Source of the DNA: a phage
Sequence record: PZ445489.1
Length of the DNA: 64,000 bases
Direction: 5' to 3' (one strand)
The notes beneath the pieces were generated by a model. The model ran no database searches and had not been told where the DNA came from. It worked only from the letters and a program-made list of their open reading frames with translations. Positions 1-7,808 of the stretch are shown here, one piece after another. Numbering within the stretch: the first letter of the stretch is position 1; each line of letters opens with the position of its first letter. A program made the translations under genes and the position numbers.

Positions 1-573
1 ACTTTCGTTGATAGATGTAAATAAGAACTTGATTTGACCCTGAGTTACTTTAACATTAGATTCTAGTATTAAGTGCATTCGGATACCTGGTTTTAGCCCA
101 GCCGAAGATGACGCATGAGCGATAAACCCTGCATCAAGAGGAAACATATCCTCACTAATACTATTTAACATCCTAATAATATGTCGAGCCATGCCAACAA
201 GATCAAACTTGTTACAACCTCCTGTATCTACAATACCATCCACATCCATTGCGATTATATGACTTGGATTAGATACATTAAAGTTGCCCTTCTTACGTCG
301 CACATTATTTTTAGGTGCAAGACATCGACCTCGTACCGCAACGATATGAGGGTCAGACGTTAAACGTCTCATAAGAGGAAGCATTTCTACTAGGGTTTGA
401 GGATCAACTTCATCAATTACATCAAACTTGAAGGGCATTGAAGCTGGTTTACCTTCAGGATGCTTTGAGGAAAATCTTTTAGCAAAAAGATAATCTTCTG
501 CTTTAACTTCTCGCCAATTGCCTGTGGCTAAATCGCGATGAAATCCTGCATGACCTTGTAGGATTGAAAACAC
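1..573 (-). CDS. hypothetical protein, 3' end truncated by window edge
   Basis: Open minus-strand frame running off position 1; GTG at 571-573 with AGGAG 7 nt upstream; absent from ORF track because incomplete. Confidence 0.45.
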   Translation of the reverse strand, partial: MFSILQGHAGFHRDLATGNWREVKAEDYLFAKRFSSKHPEGKPASMPFKFDVIDEVDPQTLVEMLPLMRRLTSDPHIVAVRGRCLAPKNNVRRKKGNFNVSNPSHIIAMDVDGIVDTGGCNKFDLVGMARHIIRMLNSISEDMFPLDAGFIAHASSSAGLKPGIRMHLILESNVKVTQGQIKFLFTSINES

Positions 574-1059
574 AACAATACTCCTGTATTGGAAATGAAA
601 TAAGTTTTCTTTAGGACTATTCAGAAAGAATAGAACAACTGTTACTGTCAATTTCTCAACAAATTAATCGCAAATACTGAAGGGGGGTGGCAACTTCCCC
701 TTTCACGCTACACTGCCGCTTCACTATACCGCACAAATCCTTGAGGATGGCCGCTAAGCCAGATTTGCTCACCTAATGCTTCATGTACTAGCTCATACTA
801 GATGTAGTATACCTTACGTCATCACTTCTCAGAGTTTTTCACTCTTCCCGTCTCACTTCACAACCACCTCACACTAGGTTGCTTCGAGGCCTTACCAGGG
901 TTCCTACGGGATGTAGATCGCTAAGTATTCTATTAACTATTTGTTTAAAAACTAACACGTAACAGTTAAAACAACCCTTAATGGGGCAGCCTAACTGTTC
1001 CGTATCGCGGATTGTAAACAAGAAAAATTAGCAAAATCAATTTTTACTAATGTCTCTCA

Positions 1060-1112
1060 ATTCAATATAAATATTATATCAAGATTTTGGGCATCATGCA
1101 AGTAAAATTTTC
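1060..1112 (-). promoter_or_regulatory. T5-type sigma70 promoter, minus strand
   Basis: On minus strand: TTGCAT (1096-1101), 17-nt spacer, TATAAT (1073-1078), conserved leader. Confidence 0.5.
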
Positions 1113-1139
1113 CGGATGGTGCTATCATTGGTCTTGAGT

Positions 1140-1172
1140 ACGGATAAAACCGAGCCAAAATGACTCGGTTAT
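1140..1172 (-). terminator. hairpin terminator downstream of 1178..1375
   Basis: Minus-strand hairpin aaccgagtcattttggctcggtt followed by T-rich run. Confidence 0.4.
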
Positions 1173-1177
1173 GTGGA

Positions 1178-1375
1178 TTAGACACTTAAAATACTTCTAA
1201 TCTCTTCTATATACTTATCTACTTTTTTAGCATCTACTTTATTTAGTTTTCCTATATCAAAACTAGGATCAGTAAACATTCTAGCTATCTCTATCTCTAG
1301 AGACTTACTAATTTTCCCTGTAGTATTCCACTTAGAAATCTTACCTTTTATTTTCCAAAATTCCTTATTCATCAT
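1178..1375 (-). CDS. hypothetical protein (65 aa)
   Basis: ORF; start overlaps stop of upstream gene (translational coupling). Confidence 0.4.
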   Translation of the reverse strand: MMNKEFWKIKGKISKWNTTGKISKSLEIEIARMFTDPSFDIGKLNKVDAKKVDKYIEEIRSILSV

Positions 1376-1757
1376 TTAATCCCGGAACATATATCCCAAC
1401 ACGGTTTAATTGTTCTTTAGCTTCTTTGAGAATATCTGGAGTGTACTCCCAAATATCATCTTCCACCTGTAAAAGATGGGGCGAACAACCATCATCAGGC
1501 ACACGACATATGGCAAAACCACGTGGATGGAACAAAGAGAAATTTAGTGCAACAATTAAACCCATAGCAGACAATTCATTCCAATCCAATTCCCATTCCC
1601 CAGCGTAGCCTGATAGGCAAACACCAATACAGGGATCGTCTATTTGCTGCTCCGGAAAAGTGAAGGAGACTTGTCTTACTCCCAACCAACGTTGTAGCAG
1701 CTTCTCCGCACGTTTCACCAAACTAGGGTCAATCTGACGCCAATATACTTGTTCCAT
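1365..1757 (-). CDS. hypothetical protein (130 aa), paralog of 1767..2195
   Basis: Shares motifs with neighbour: SF.F....ID.PCIG, W.EL..MGL..ALN..LF.P, G..IPGL. Confidence 0.55.
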   Translation of the reverse strand: MEQVYWRQIDPSLVKRAEKLLQRWLGVRQVSFTFPEQQIDDPCIGVCLSGYAGEWELDWNELSAMGLIVALNFSLFHPRGFAICRVPDDGCSPHLLQVEDDIWEYTPDILKEAKEQLNRVGIYVPGLNDE

Positions 1758-1766
1758 TCTGCCTCC

Positions 1767-2195
1767 TTAAGCAGTTAAACCTGGGATCATATACCCGAAA
1801 CGTCGAAGTTTCTGAATCCCCTCATTTACTTCTTCCGGTGAGTAAGACCAACCATAACGTTCATTAACCTGAAAACCAGGAGATTCACTAGTTTTATAGT
1901 TAACAACGAGGCGATGCTTAGCAGGCATAAACAGCTTATAGTTTAACGCAAAAACTAAGCCCATTTCATCTAACTCTTTCCAGCCAACAATTTCTTCAAG
2001 ACCATCTTCTACCTGCACAATTAAACCAATACAGGGGGCCTCATCAATATCATCTTTAAAAGCAAAGGAGATTTCATTATTCTCACACCATATTTTCAGA
2101 GCATTAATAGCCTCATTGTACAGGTTGGCTGGAAGAGTATGCCAAAAATTAACCAATATTGGGTTAGCTTCTTTAGAGAATACATTATTGAACAT
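1767..2195 (-). CDS. hypothetical protein (142 aa), paralog of 1365..1757
   Basis: Tandem duplicate of downstream gene by shared motifs. Confidence 0.55.
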   Translation of the reverse strand: MFNNVFSKEANPILVNFWHTLPANLYNEAINALKIWCENNEISFAFKDDIDEAPCIGLIVQVEDGLEEIVGWKELDEMGLVFALNYKLFMPAKHRLVVNYKTSESPGFQVNERYGWSYSPEEVNEGIQKLRRFGYMIPGLTA

Positions 2196-2197
2196 AT

Positions 2198-2704
2198 TTA
2201 CACCTTAAATTGTTGTAAGGATTTACACATTTCAAGATCTGGGCTAAATTCTAGCATATAGCTAACAGCTTTTAAATCTTGAAGATTTATTCCAGTTCTA
2301 CCATTGACTATAACTGTTGGATACTGATACATCATAGCACCAGCGTCATCCAGTACACACCAATGTTTGAGCTTATGCTTTTCAACGAAGCGAAGAACAG
2401 AATTACCCCTAGATAGCCCACCACCAGTAAAATCCGTTGTACCAAGAAAACGATCGATAAGACCTAATCCGGTCATAATCTGAACGTTCTCCATCTCATT
2501 CCTGACAGAGAACCATGAGGATACTCCAACAATCATTATCGGAGAAGGACGAATAAAGTCCTGAAAAGCCTTGAGAAGCGGTTTGAAAACCCAGTCACTT
2601 CCAAAGAAAATCTTTTCATCATCAGGTGCATGATGGTGGGAGATGCTCGAATTGAGCACCCCATCAATGTCTAGAAAAATAATTGGAGTATTACTTATTT
2701 CCAT
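2198..2704 (-). CDS. HAD-superfamily phosphatase-like protein
   Basis: N-terminal IIFLDIDGVLN resembles HAD motif I (DxDGT/V). Confidence 0.5.
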   Translation of the reverse strand: MEISNTPIIFLDIDGVLNSSISHHHAPDDEKIFFGSDWVFKPLLKAFQDFIRPSPIMIVGVSSWFSVRNEMENVQIMTGLGLIDRFLGTTDFTGGGLSRGNSVLRFVEKHKLKHWCVLDDAGAMMYQYPTVIVNGRTGINLQDLKAVSYMLEFSPDLEMCKSLQQFKV

Positions 2705-2873
2705 TTTTGTTCCTTTCTAAGAACGTATCATACTCAACCGTATTCACATATATAACACCATAGTCATCGGATTTATAGTCCATTTCCCACAACTCACAGC
2801 GATAGTACCAACTACCGTCCGCCCATACAAATATATCATCAGGGTGTGTATACACAGATTTAATTATGGACAT
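2691..2873 (-). CDS. hypothetical protein (60 aa)
   Basis: ORF with start/stop overlaps to neighbours in operon. Confidence 0.35.
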   Translation of the reverse strand: MSIIKSVYTHPDDIFVWADGSWYYRCELWEMDYKSDDYGVIYVNTVEYDTFLERNKNGNK

Positions 2874-3688
2874 ATTTGTTTCCCTGGCATATAAGGTCTA
2901 CCCTCTAGATGAGCTTCTACACGAGCAATAAAATCAGGGTCACTAAAAGCATCTACCGCACCTTTACTCCAGTAAGGAATACCACGATCTTCCAACTGGT
3001 ACATCTCACTACGAGTCATACCTTGATAGCCCGGTTCTGCCGCTAGGGCACTATCGTAGTAGTTAACTACCATTAATTTGGCAGCAGTCAAATTAAGAAC
3101 AGGAAATAATTCCCAGTAGAAGTTAATTACTTGGTTAGAACAACCAACCACAATGATCATATCTTGACTGGTAATATCATCAAAAACATTGTACATTTCT
3201 GTATATGCTGGAGCATGCTCACCAAAGAAGATTACATTAGGTTTAACCCATTTATAATCATCTGGGTCAATAGAGCTATACCCAACATCAATAATTCGTT
3301 TATTACTACTATTGTAGCTGTCAGCTACAACAACCTCTTTTAAATATCCGTGAATGTGCAGAATGTCACTATGTGGAACGCCAGCACGTTCAATAAGGTC
3401 ATCAACATTGGTAGTCAAGTTTACTACTTGACCTGGATATTGTTTATACCATTCACCAATACGCAAATGTGCAAGATTGGGTTCAACAGTTTTTAGCTCT
3501 TCACGACGCTTGTTGTAAAACATATGGGTTTTATGATAAAAATTACCACGAAAGGCATGAATATTACATACTTCTTCTAGATTATAATCATCCCACAATG
3601 CTTTACCACTAGCAGTATCAGTACGAAAAGCTCGTACACCACTTTCAACACTCAAACCCGCACCGCTAATAATAATTAATCTACGCAT
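2864..3688 (-). CDS. Sir2-family (sirtuin-like) NAD-dependent protein
   Basis: Motifs SGAGLSVESGVRAFR, TTNVDDLIERAG, ILHIHG, IVVGCS match sirtuin signatures. Confidence 0.7.
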   Translation of the reverse strand: MRRLIIISGAGLSVESGVRAFRTDTASGKALWDDYNLEEVCNIHAFRGNFYHKTHMFYNKRREELKTVEPNLAHLRIGEWYKQYPGQVVNLTTNVDDLIERAGVPHSDILHIHGYLKEVVVADSYNSSNKRIIDVGYSSIDPDDYKWVKPNVIFFGEHAPAYTEMYNVFDDITSQDMIIVVGCSNQVINFYWELFPVLNLTAAKLMVVNYYDSALAAEPGYQGMTRSEMYQLEDRGIPYWSKGAVDAFSDPDFIARVEAHLEGRPYMPGKQICP

Positions 3689-3902
3689 TTTTCACCTGTT
3701 CTCTGAAGTTTTGCCCAATACTGTCTAATAGCTCAGCTAATTCTTTATTGCCTTTCTCCATTAAGGTGTTAGCAATAACTTCTAGCATAGTAGCGCAGGA
3801 TTCAACCCCATCCTTATAGCCAGTTTCCCAGTGCTGCATTAATGCGTTTTCCAAAGCGGCGTTTAAACCCTTATCTGGTAGCATCGGCTTCGAGAATGCC
3901 AT
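3681..3902 (-). CDS. hypothetical protein (73 aa)
   Basis: ORF, overlapping start/stop in operon. Confidence 0.4.
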   Translation of the reverse strand: MAFSKPMLPDKGLNAALENALMQHWETGYKDGVESCATMLEVIANTLMEKGNKELAELLDSIGQNFREQVKNA

Positions 3903-4074
3903 AAAGTTTCTCCTCTAGTTCCATAACACGATTTTCATAAGAGGCACGCAACTTTTCAATTGCCAGTGCACGCACTGTAACCTCATTAGAATTAATAGCT
4001 AACTGGGCCAGATCTTCTGTTTCCATACGTCCGTTGTAAATTAAGCGATATTTAAGATGTTTTACGTTTTTCAT
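3871..4074 (-). CDS. hypothetical protein (67 aa)
   Basis: ORF in operon. Confidence 0.4.
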   Translation of the reverse strand: MKNVKHLKYRLIYNGRMETEDLAQLAINSNEVTVRALAIEKLRASYENRVMELEEKLYGILEADATR

Positions 4075-4083
4075 TCTTGTTCC

Positions 4084-4365
4084 TTAGTTCTGTACTGTAA
4101 ATTCATTCTTATCACAGTGAGCATAATAATACCCATACATACGATAAATTTTCACAGCCTTAGTAGACCCCTTCGATTCTTCATAATCAATCCAGAGCCA
4201 CTTGTCTTTACCTACATAATGTACCCGAAACTTCTTAGCTTTCTTATCATTCCATGTTGCAACAACACGACGATAATCAAATCCGCCCAACCAATCTAGA
4301 GCCTTACGTTCTTCACTAGGCTCTCCAAGATGGGAGACATCTACTTTAGGAAGCAATTCGCTCAT
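4084..4365 (-). CDS. hypothetical protein (93 aa)
   Basis: ORF immediately downstream of nrdD; no radical-SAM CxxxCxxC motif. Confidence 0.45.
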   Translation of the reverse strand: MSELLPKVDVSHLGEPSEERKALDWLGGFDYRRVVATWNDKKAKKFRVHYVGKDKWLWIDYEESKGSTKAVKIYRMYGYYYAHCDKNEFTVQN

Positions 4366-4399
4366 AGCTTTCTCCTCTCAAATTTATAAATCTATTATA

Positions 4400-4450
4400 T
4401 ATAAATTTTTGGCTGAAAGCAAATAAAATAAAAGCCAGGTCGACTAGCAA
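4400..4450 (-). terminator. candidate hairpin after nrdD
   Basis: Imperfect hairpin agccgggttgc..ctggct followed by T-rich run on minus strand. Confidence 0.35.
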
Positions 4451-4464
4451 CCCGGCTGATTAGC

Positions 4465-6339
4465 TTACTTAGCTCGAATATCCTGATGCTTCACTCTACC
4501 CATCACCTCGTGCTGTTTGCCAGGGTTAAATGGACGAGCACCCGGATTTCCAAGATACCCACAAACTCGACGAGTTACTTCAAGAGTTTCGGGGTCATGA
4601 TTACCACAGATAGGACACTTAAACCCATCTTCGGATGCTATTGTTTCACCTAAGAATCCGCATTTACCGCAAGAATCCACTGGAGTATTAATACCGAAGT
4701 AATGAACTTTACTAGCAGCATAATTAATAACCCATTCCAGTGCATCTGGGAATCGTTTCATATCCGGTAGTTCTACATAGGAAATGCACCCACCAGAAGC
4801 AATAGGCGTAAAGTTAGATTCATAATCAAATTTCACGTTAGGAGCAACTTTACGCTCTACATCAAGGTGGTGCGAGTTAGTGTAGTATCCTTTAGACAGA
4901 ATATCTTCATGCTCTGGGAAATATTCACGGTCTAAACGGCAAAACCTATCACATAGGGACTCTGACGGTGTAGCATACAGGCTATAACCTAACTTAGTCT
5001 CTTCCTTCTTCTGATCGACTCTATCTCGCATGTACTGCAATACACGCTGAACAAACTTGATGCAGGTCTCTGACATTGTGTCTACATCTTTGCCAAACAT
5101 GAACTGTAGCATTTCATGGCAACCAATATACCCTAGAGATACAGAAGCACGGTTATAGAAATGATCGAATACATATTCATCAGGCTCCAAGCGTAACCCA
5201 AAGGCTCCTGACATATAGAGGATGGGTGCAGCTTTAGCTTGGATGTATTTTAAGCGATCAACTCTCCACTCCAATGCTTTTAACGCTGTATCCACACGTA
5301 GCTCAAGCAAATCAAAGAATAGATCAATATTTCCTTCAGCTTCGATAGCAATTCTAGGCAAGTTTACAGAAACAACACCTAAGTTATTACGGCCAGCAGT
5401 TTCACCATCTTCTGCAGCAGCTAGGAATGAACGGCAGCCCATAGAAACTTTATAGTCTCCAGTAACTTCTACAACCTTGTCATAGCTGATATAATCTGGA
5501 TACATACGTTCAGCAGTACATTTCATAGCTAACTTCTTGATGTCATAATTAACATCTCCTGGTTTCATATTTACGCCATCGCGAAGTACAAATACCAGTT
5601 TCGGGAAGATAGCTGTACGTTTATTGATACCTAAACCATCCATGCGTACTTTCAGTATTGCTTTCTGTACTAGACGTGCTTCCCAGGAAGTTCCTAGACC
5701 AAAACCAAAGGTAATAAATGGACTCTGACCATTAGAGTTGAACATGGTATTGATTTCATATTCTAAACCCTGACAAGCGTCATAGACTTCTTTTTCAGTC
5801 ATCTCCGTAGCCATTACTGATGCTTTGGCTTCATCCTTAGTCCAACGTTTTGCAAACGCATGATTTTTGTCATAGGATTTACGAACATAAGGGGCTAATA
5901 CTTCATCAAGGCGATCTACAGAAGTACCACCGTACTGATGGGAGCTAACCTGAGTGATAATCTGAGCAGTAATAGCCGCCGCAGTAGTGATAGAGTTTGG
6001 AGTGCTAATTTCAGCATTACCAACCTTCATACCATTCTTCAACATATCTTCCAAAGCTACCAGACAACAGTTAGTCATGCCTAATGCAGCATAATCAGCA
6101 TCGTGGAAATGAATATCCCCAATCATATGAGCATTTCGAATCTGAATAGGCATTTCTTCTAGAATTAGATACTTACTCAATTCACCTGCAAGCATATCCC
6201 TTTGTGTAGGGAAACGTTCTGAGGGTTTATTGGCATTATTAAACAGCAGCTCTTCATCTGCTGACCCTTCGATAATCTCTTTGCAGTTTCTAATTAACGC
6301 CTGCATTTCTTTATACTTTAGTTCTTCATTACGATTCAT
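4465..6339 (-). CDS. nrdD: anaerobic ribonucleoside-triphosphate reductase (class III)
   Basis: 624 aa; C-terminal glycyl-radical motif RVCGYLG and Zn-ribbon CGKCG..CPICG. Confidence 0.9.
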   Translation of the reverse strand: MNRNEELKYKEMQALIRNCKEIIEGSADEELLFNNANKPSERFPTQRDMLAGELSKYLILEEMPIQIRNAHMIGDIHFHDADYAALGMTNCCLVALEDMLKNGMKVGNAEISTPNSITTAAAITAQIITQVSSHQYGGTSVDRLDEVLAPYVRKSYDKNHAFAKRWTKDEAKASVMATEMTEKEVYDACQGLEYEINTMFNSNGQSPFITFGFGLGTSWEARLVQKAILKVRMDGLGINKRTAIFPKLVFVLRDGVNMKPGDVNYDIKKLAMKCTAERMYPDYISYDKVVEVTGDYKVSMGCRSFLAAAEDGETAGRNNLGVVSVNLPRIAIEAEGNIDLFFDLLELRVDTALKALEWRVDRLKYIQAKAAPILYMSGAFGLRLEPDEYVFDHFYNRASVSLGYIGCHEMLQFMFGKDVDTMSETCIKFVQRVLQYMRDRVDQKKEETKLGYSLYATPSESLCDRFCRLDREYFPEHEDILSKGYYTNSHHLDVERKVAPNVKFDYESNFTPIASGGCISYVELPDMKRFPDALEWVINYAASKVHYFGINTPVDSCGKCGFLGETIASEDGFKCPICGNHDPETLEVTRRVCGYLGNPGARPFNPGKQHEVMGRVKHQDIRAK

Positions 6340-6426
6340 TATACTCTCCTTCTCTAACTAAGACTACTATTATAACTCATTCGAGGGCGGATGTCAACAA
6401 TATTTTACTATAAAGTTCTGTAACAT

Positions 6427-6480
6427 GATCTGAGTCAAAAAATTTTATTTGCCAATCTCTATTAAAAATTGTATAATCAC
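6427..6480 (+). promoter_or_regulatory. T5-type early promoter
   Basis: TTGCCA 6439-6444, 17-nt spacer, TATAAT 6462-6467. Confidence 0.6.
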
Positions 6481-6576
6481 GCACTCGTGCACGCGATATA
6501 AAATGATTATCTAGTATCACACATCTCACGTTAAAAGCAAGCAAATTTTTTATTTAAATGCAATATCATAGGCTTA

Positions 6577-6630
6577 TTTAAAATTGTAGTTGCTTTTTAC
6601 TGTATATATTGGTATAATATATTTGTAAGT
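6577..6630 (+). promoter_or_regulatory. T5-type early promoter
   Basis: TTGCTT 6589-6594, 17-nt spacer, TATAAT 6612-6617. Confidence 0.65.
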
Positions 6631-6691
6631 TGATAAACAAGATCTTTTTGTTGATCCTCTGTTAGCGAAGTACACTATAGGAGTGTTATTT

Positions 6692-7444
6692 ATGGGAAAA
6701 GCACGTCAAAAAAGAGAGAACCGCAATGGTTCAAGAAAGCGTGGCAACAAATATGAGAATAACGTAATTCAGGCTGATTTTTCTAATGATTACGCTAACC
6801 CAGTTGCTAAATCCCTAGTAGGTAAAAACCGCGAGCAAAAATCATATATCAATATGATCAAGAACAACACAGTGACTGTGGGTATCGGTGAGCCAGGTAC
6901 TGGTAAAACCTTTATTCCGTCCGTTCTTGCAGCTCAGGAACTAGTAGACATTCACTCAGATATTGAGCAAGTGATTCTCGTACGTCCTAATGAACCTCTA
7001 GGTAAGTCTCTTGGTATGCTTCCTGGTGATCTAGCGGAAAAGCTAGAGCCTTGGTTGGAGCCAATAGCTGATGGTATGAAATGGGCCATCGGCGATCATG
7101 CATATAAAGGATATGTCGAACGTCAGAAAATTAAATTTTTGGCTATCGAACATGCTCGTGGCAGAACTTTCAACAACTCCTATGTAATTGTCGACGAAGC
7201 TCAGAATATTTCCGTTGAGGCAATGATTTGTCTCCTAACTCGTGTAGGGCAAGACTGCCGTTTAATTATCTGCGGAGATATAGCTCAGAAAGACATTAAA
7301 GGTGACTCAGGTCTAGCACTCCTTCTGGAAGTCTATGAGAAATATGAAAATGCCCCATTCTCAATGATCGAATTGATTGATAACGTTCGTTCTGTTGAGT
7401 CTAAAGCATTCTATGACATTTTTAAAGACATGGGGAAGGTGTAA
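6692..7444 (+). CDS. phoH: PhoH-like ATPase
   Basis: Walker A GEPGTGKTF, Walker B VIVDEAQN; ATG 6692 after AGGAG (track start 6683 is GTG). Confidence 0.85.
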   Translation: MGKARQKRENRNGSRKRGNKYENNVIQADFSNDYANPVAKSLVGKNREQKSYINMIKNNTVTVGIGEPGTGKTFIPSVLAAQELVDIHSDIEQVILVRPNEPLGKSLGMLPGDLAEKLEPWLEPIADGMKWAIGDHAYKGYVERQKIKFLAIEHARGRTFNNSYVIVDEAQNISVEAMICLLTRVGQDCRLIICGDIAQKDIKGDSGLALLLEVYEKYENAPFSMIELIDNVRSVESKAFYDIFKDMGKV

Positions 7445-7445
7445 T

Positions 7446-7667
7446 ATGGGAAACGTCGTTCATCTGAGCCGTAAAACTAAAATACATCGTACTTCACTGA
7501 GTGCTGCTAATATGATTACACGTAAGGAAGGGGAAGAAAGTCCTAAGACAACCCTAGCGTGGAAAATTGTAACCTCAAACCCAAATAAACCATTCAATTA
7601 TAACGAGCTGAGCACCTCCATAGATATTCTATTAAAAGAAGTAGCTAGAGCTAAAGTAATTGAATAA
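7446..7667 (+). CDS. hypothetical protein (73 aa)
   Basis: ATG overlaps phoH stop (TAATATG); track start 7377 lies inside phoH. Confidence 0.45.
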   Translation: MGNVVHLSRKTKIHRTSLSAANMITRKEGEESPKTTLAWKIVTSNPNKPFNYNELSTSIDILLKEVARAKVIE

Positions 7668-7729
7668 GCTAAAAAGCTAGACTGGTAATATACAGGCCTG
7701 GGTATGAAAATACTCGGGCCTTTTCTATC

Positions 7730-7783
7730 AGAAAATTTTATTTGCCTAATGACCAATAATAATGTAGAATATTCCTTAAATCC
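7730..7783 (+). promoter_or_regulatory. T5-type promoter upstream of nrdA
   Basis: TTGCCT 7742-7747, 17-nt spacer, TAGAAT 7765-7770. Confidence 0.55.
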
Positions 7784-7808
7784 TGATAACTATAAAAAGG
7801 AAAGCCAA

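Noticed and set aside
7704-7808. ORF-track start of nrdA at 7704
   Set aside because: That ATG lies inside a T5-type promoter and upstream hairpin; ATG 7809 has a proper RBS and begins the ATP-cone domain.
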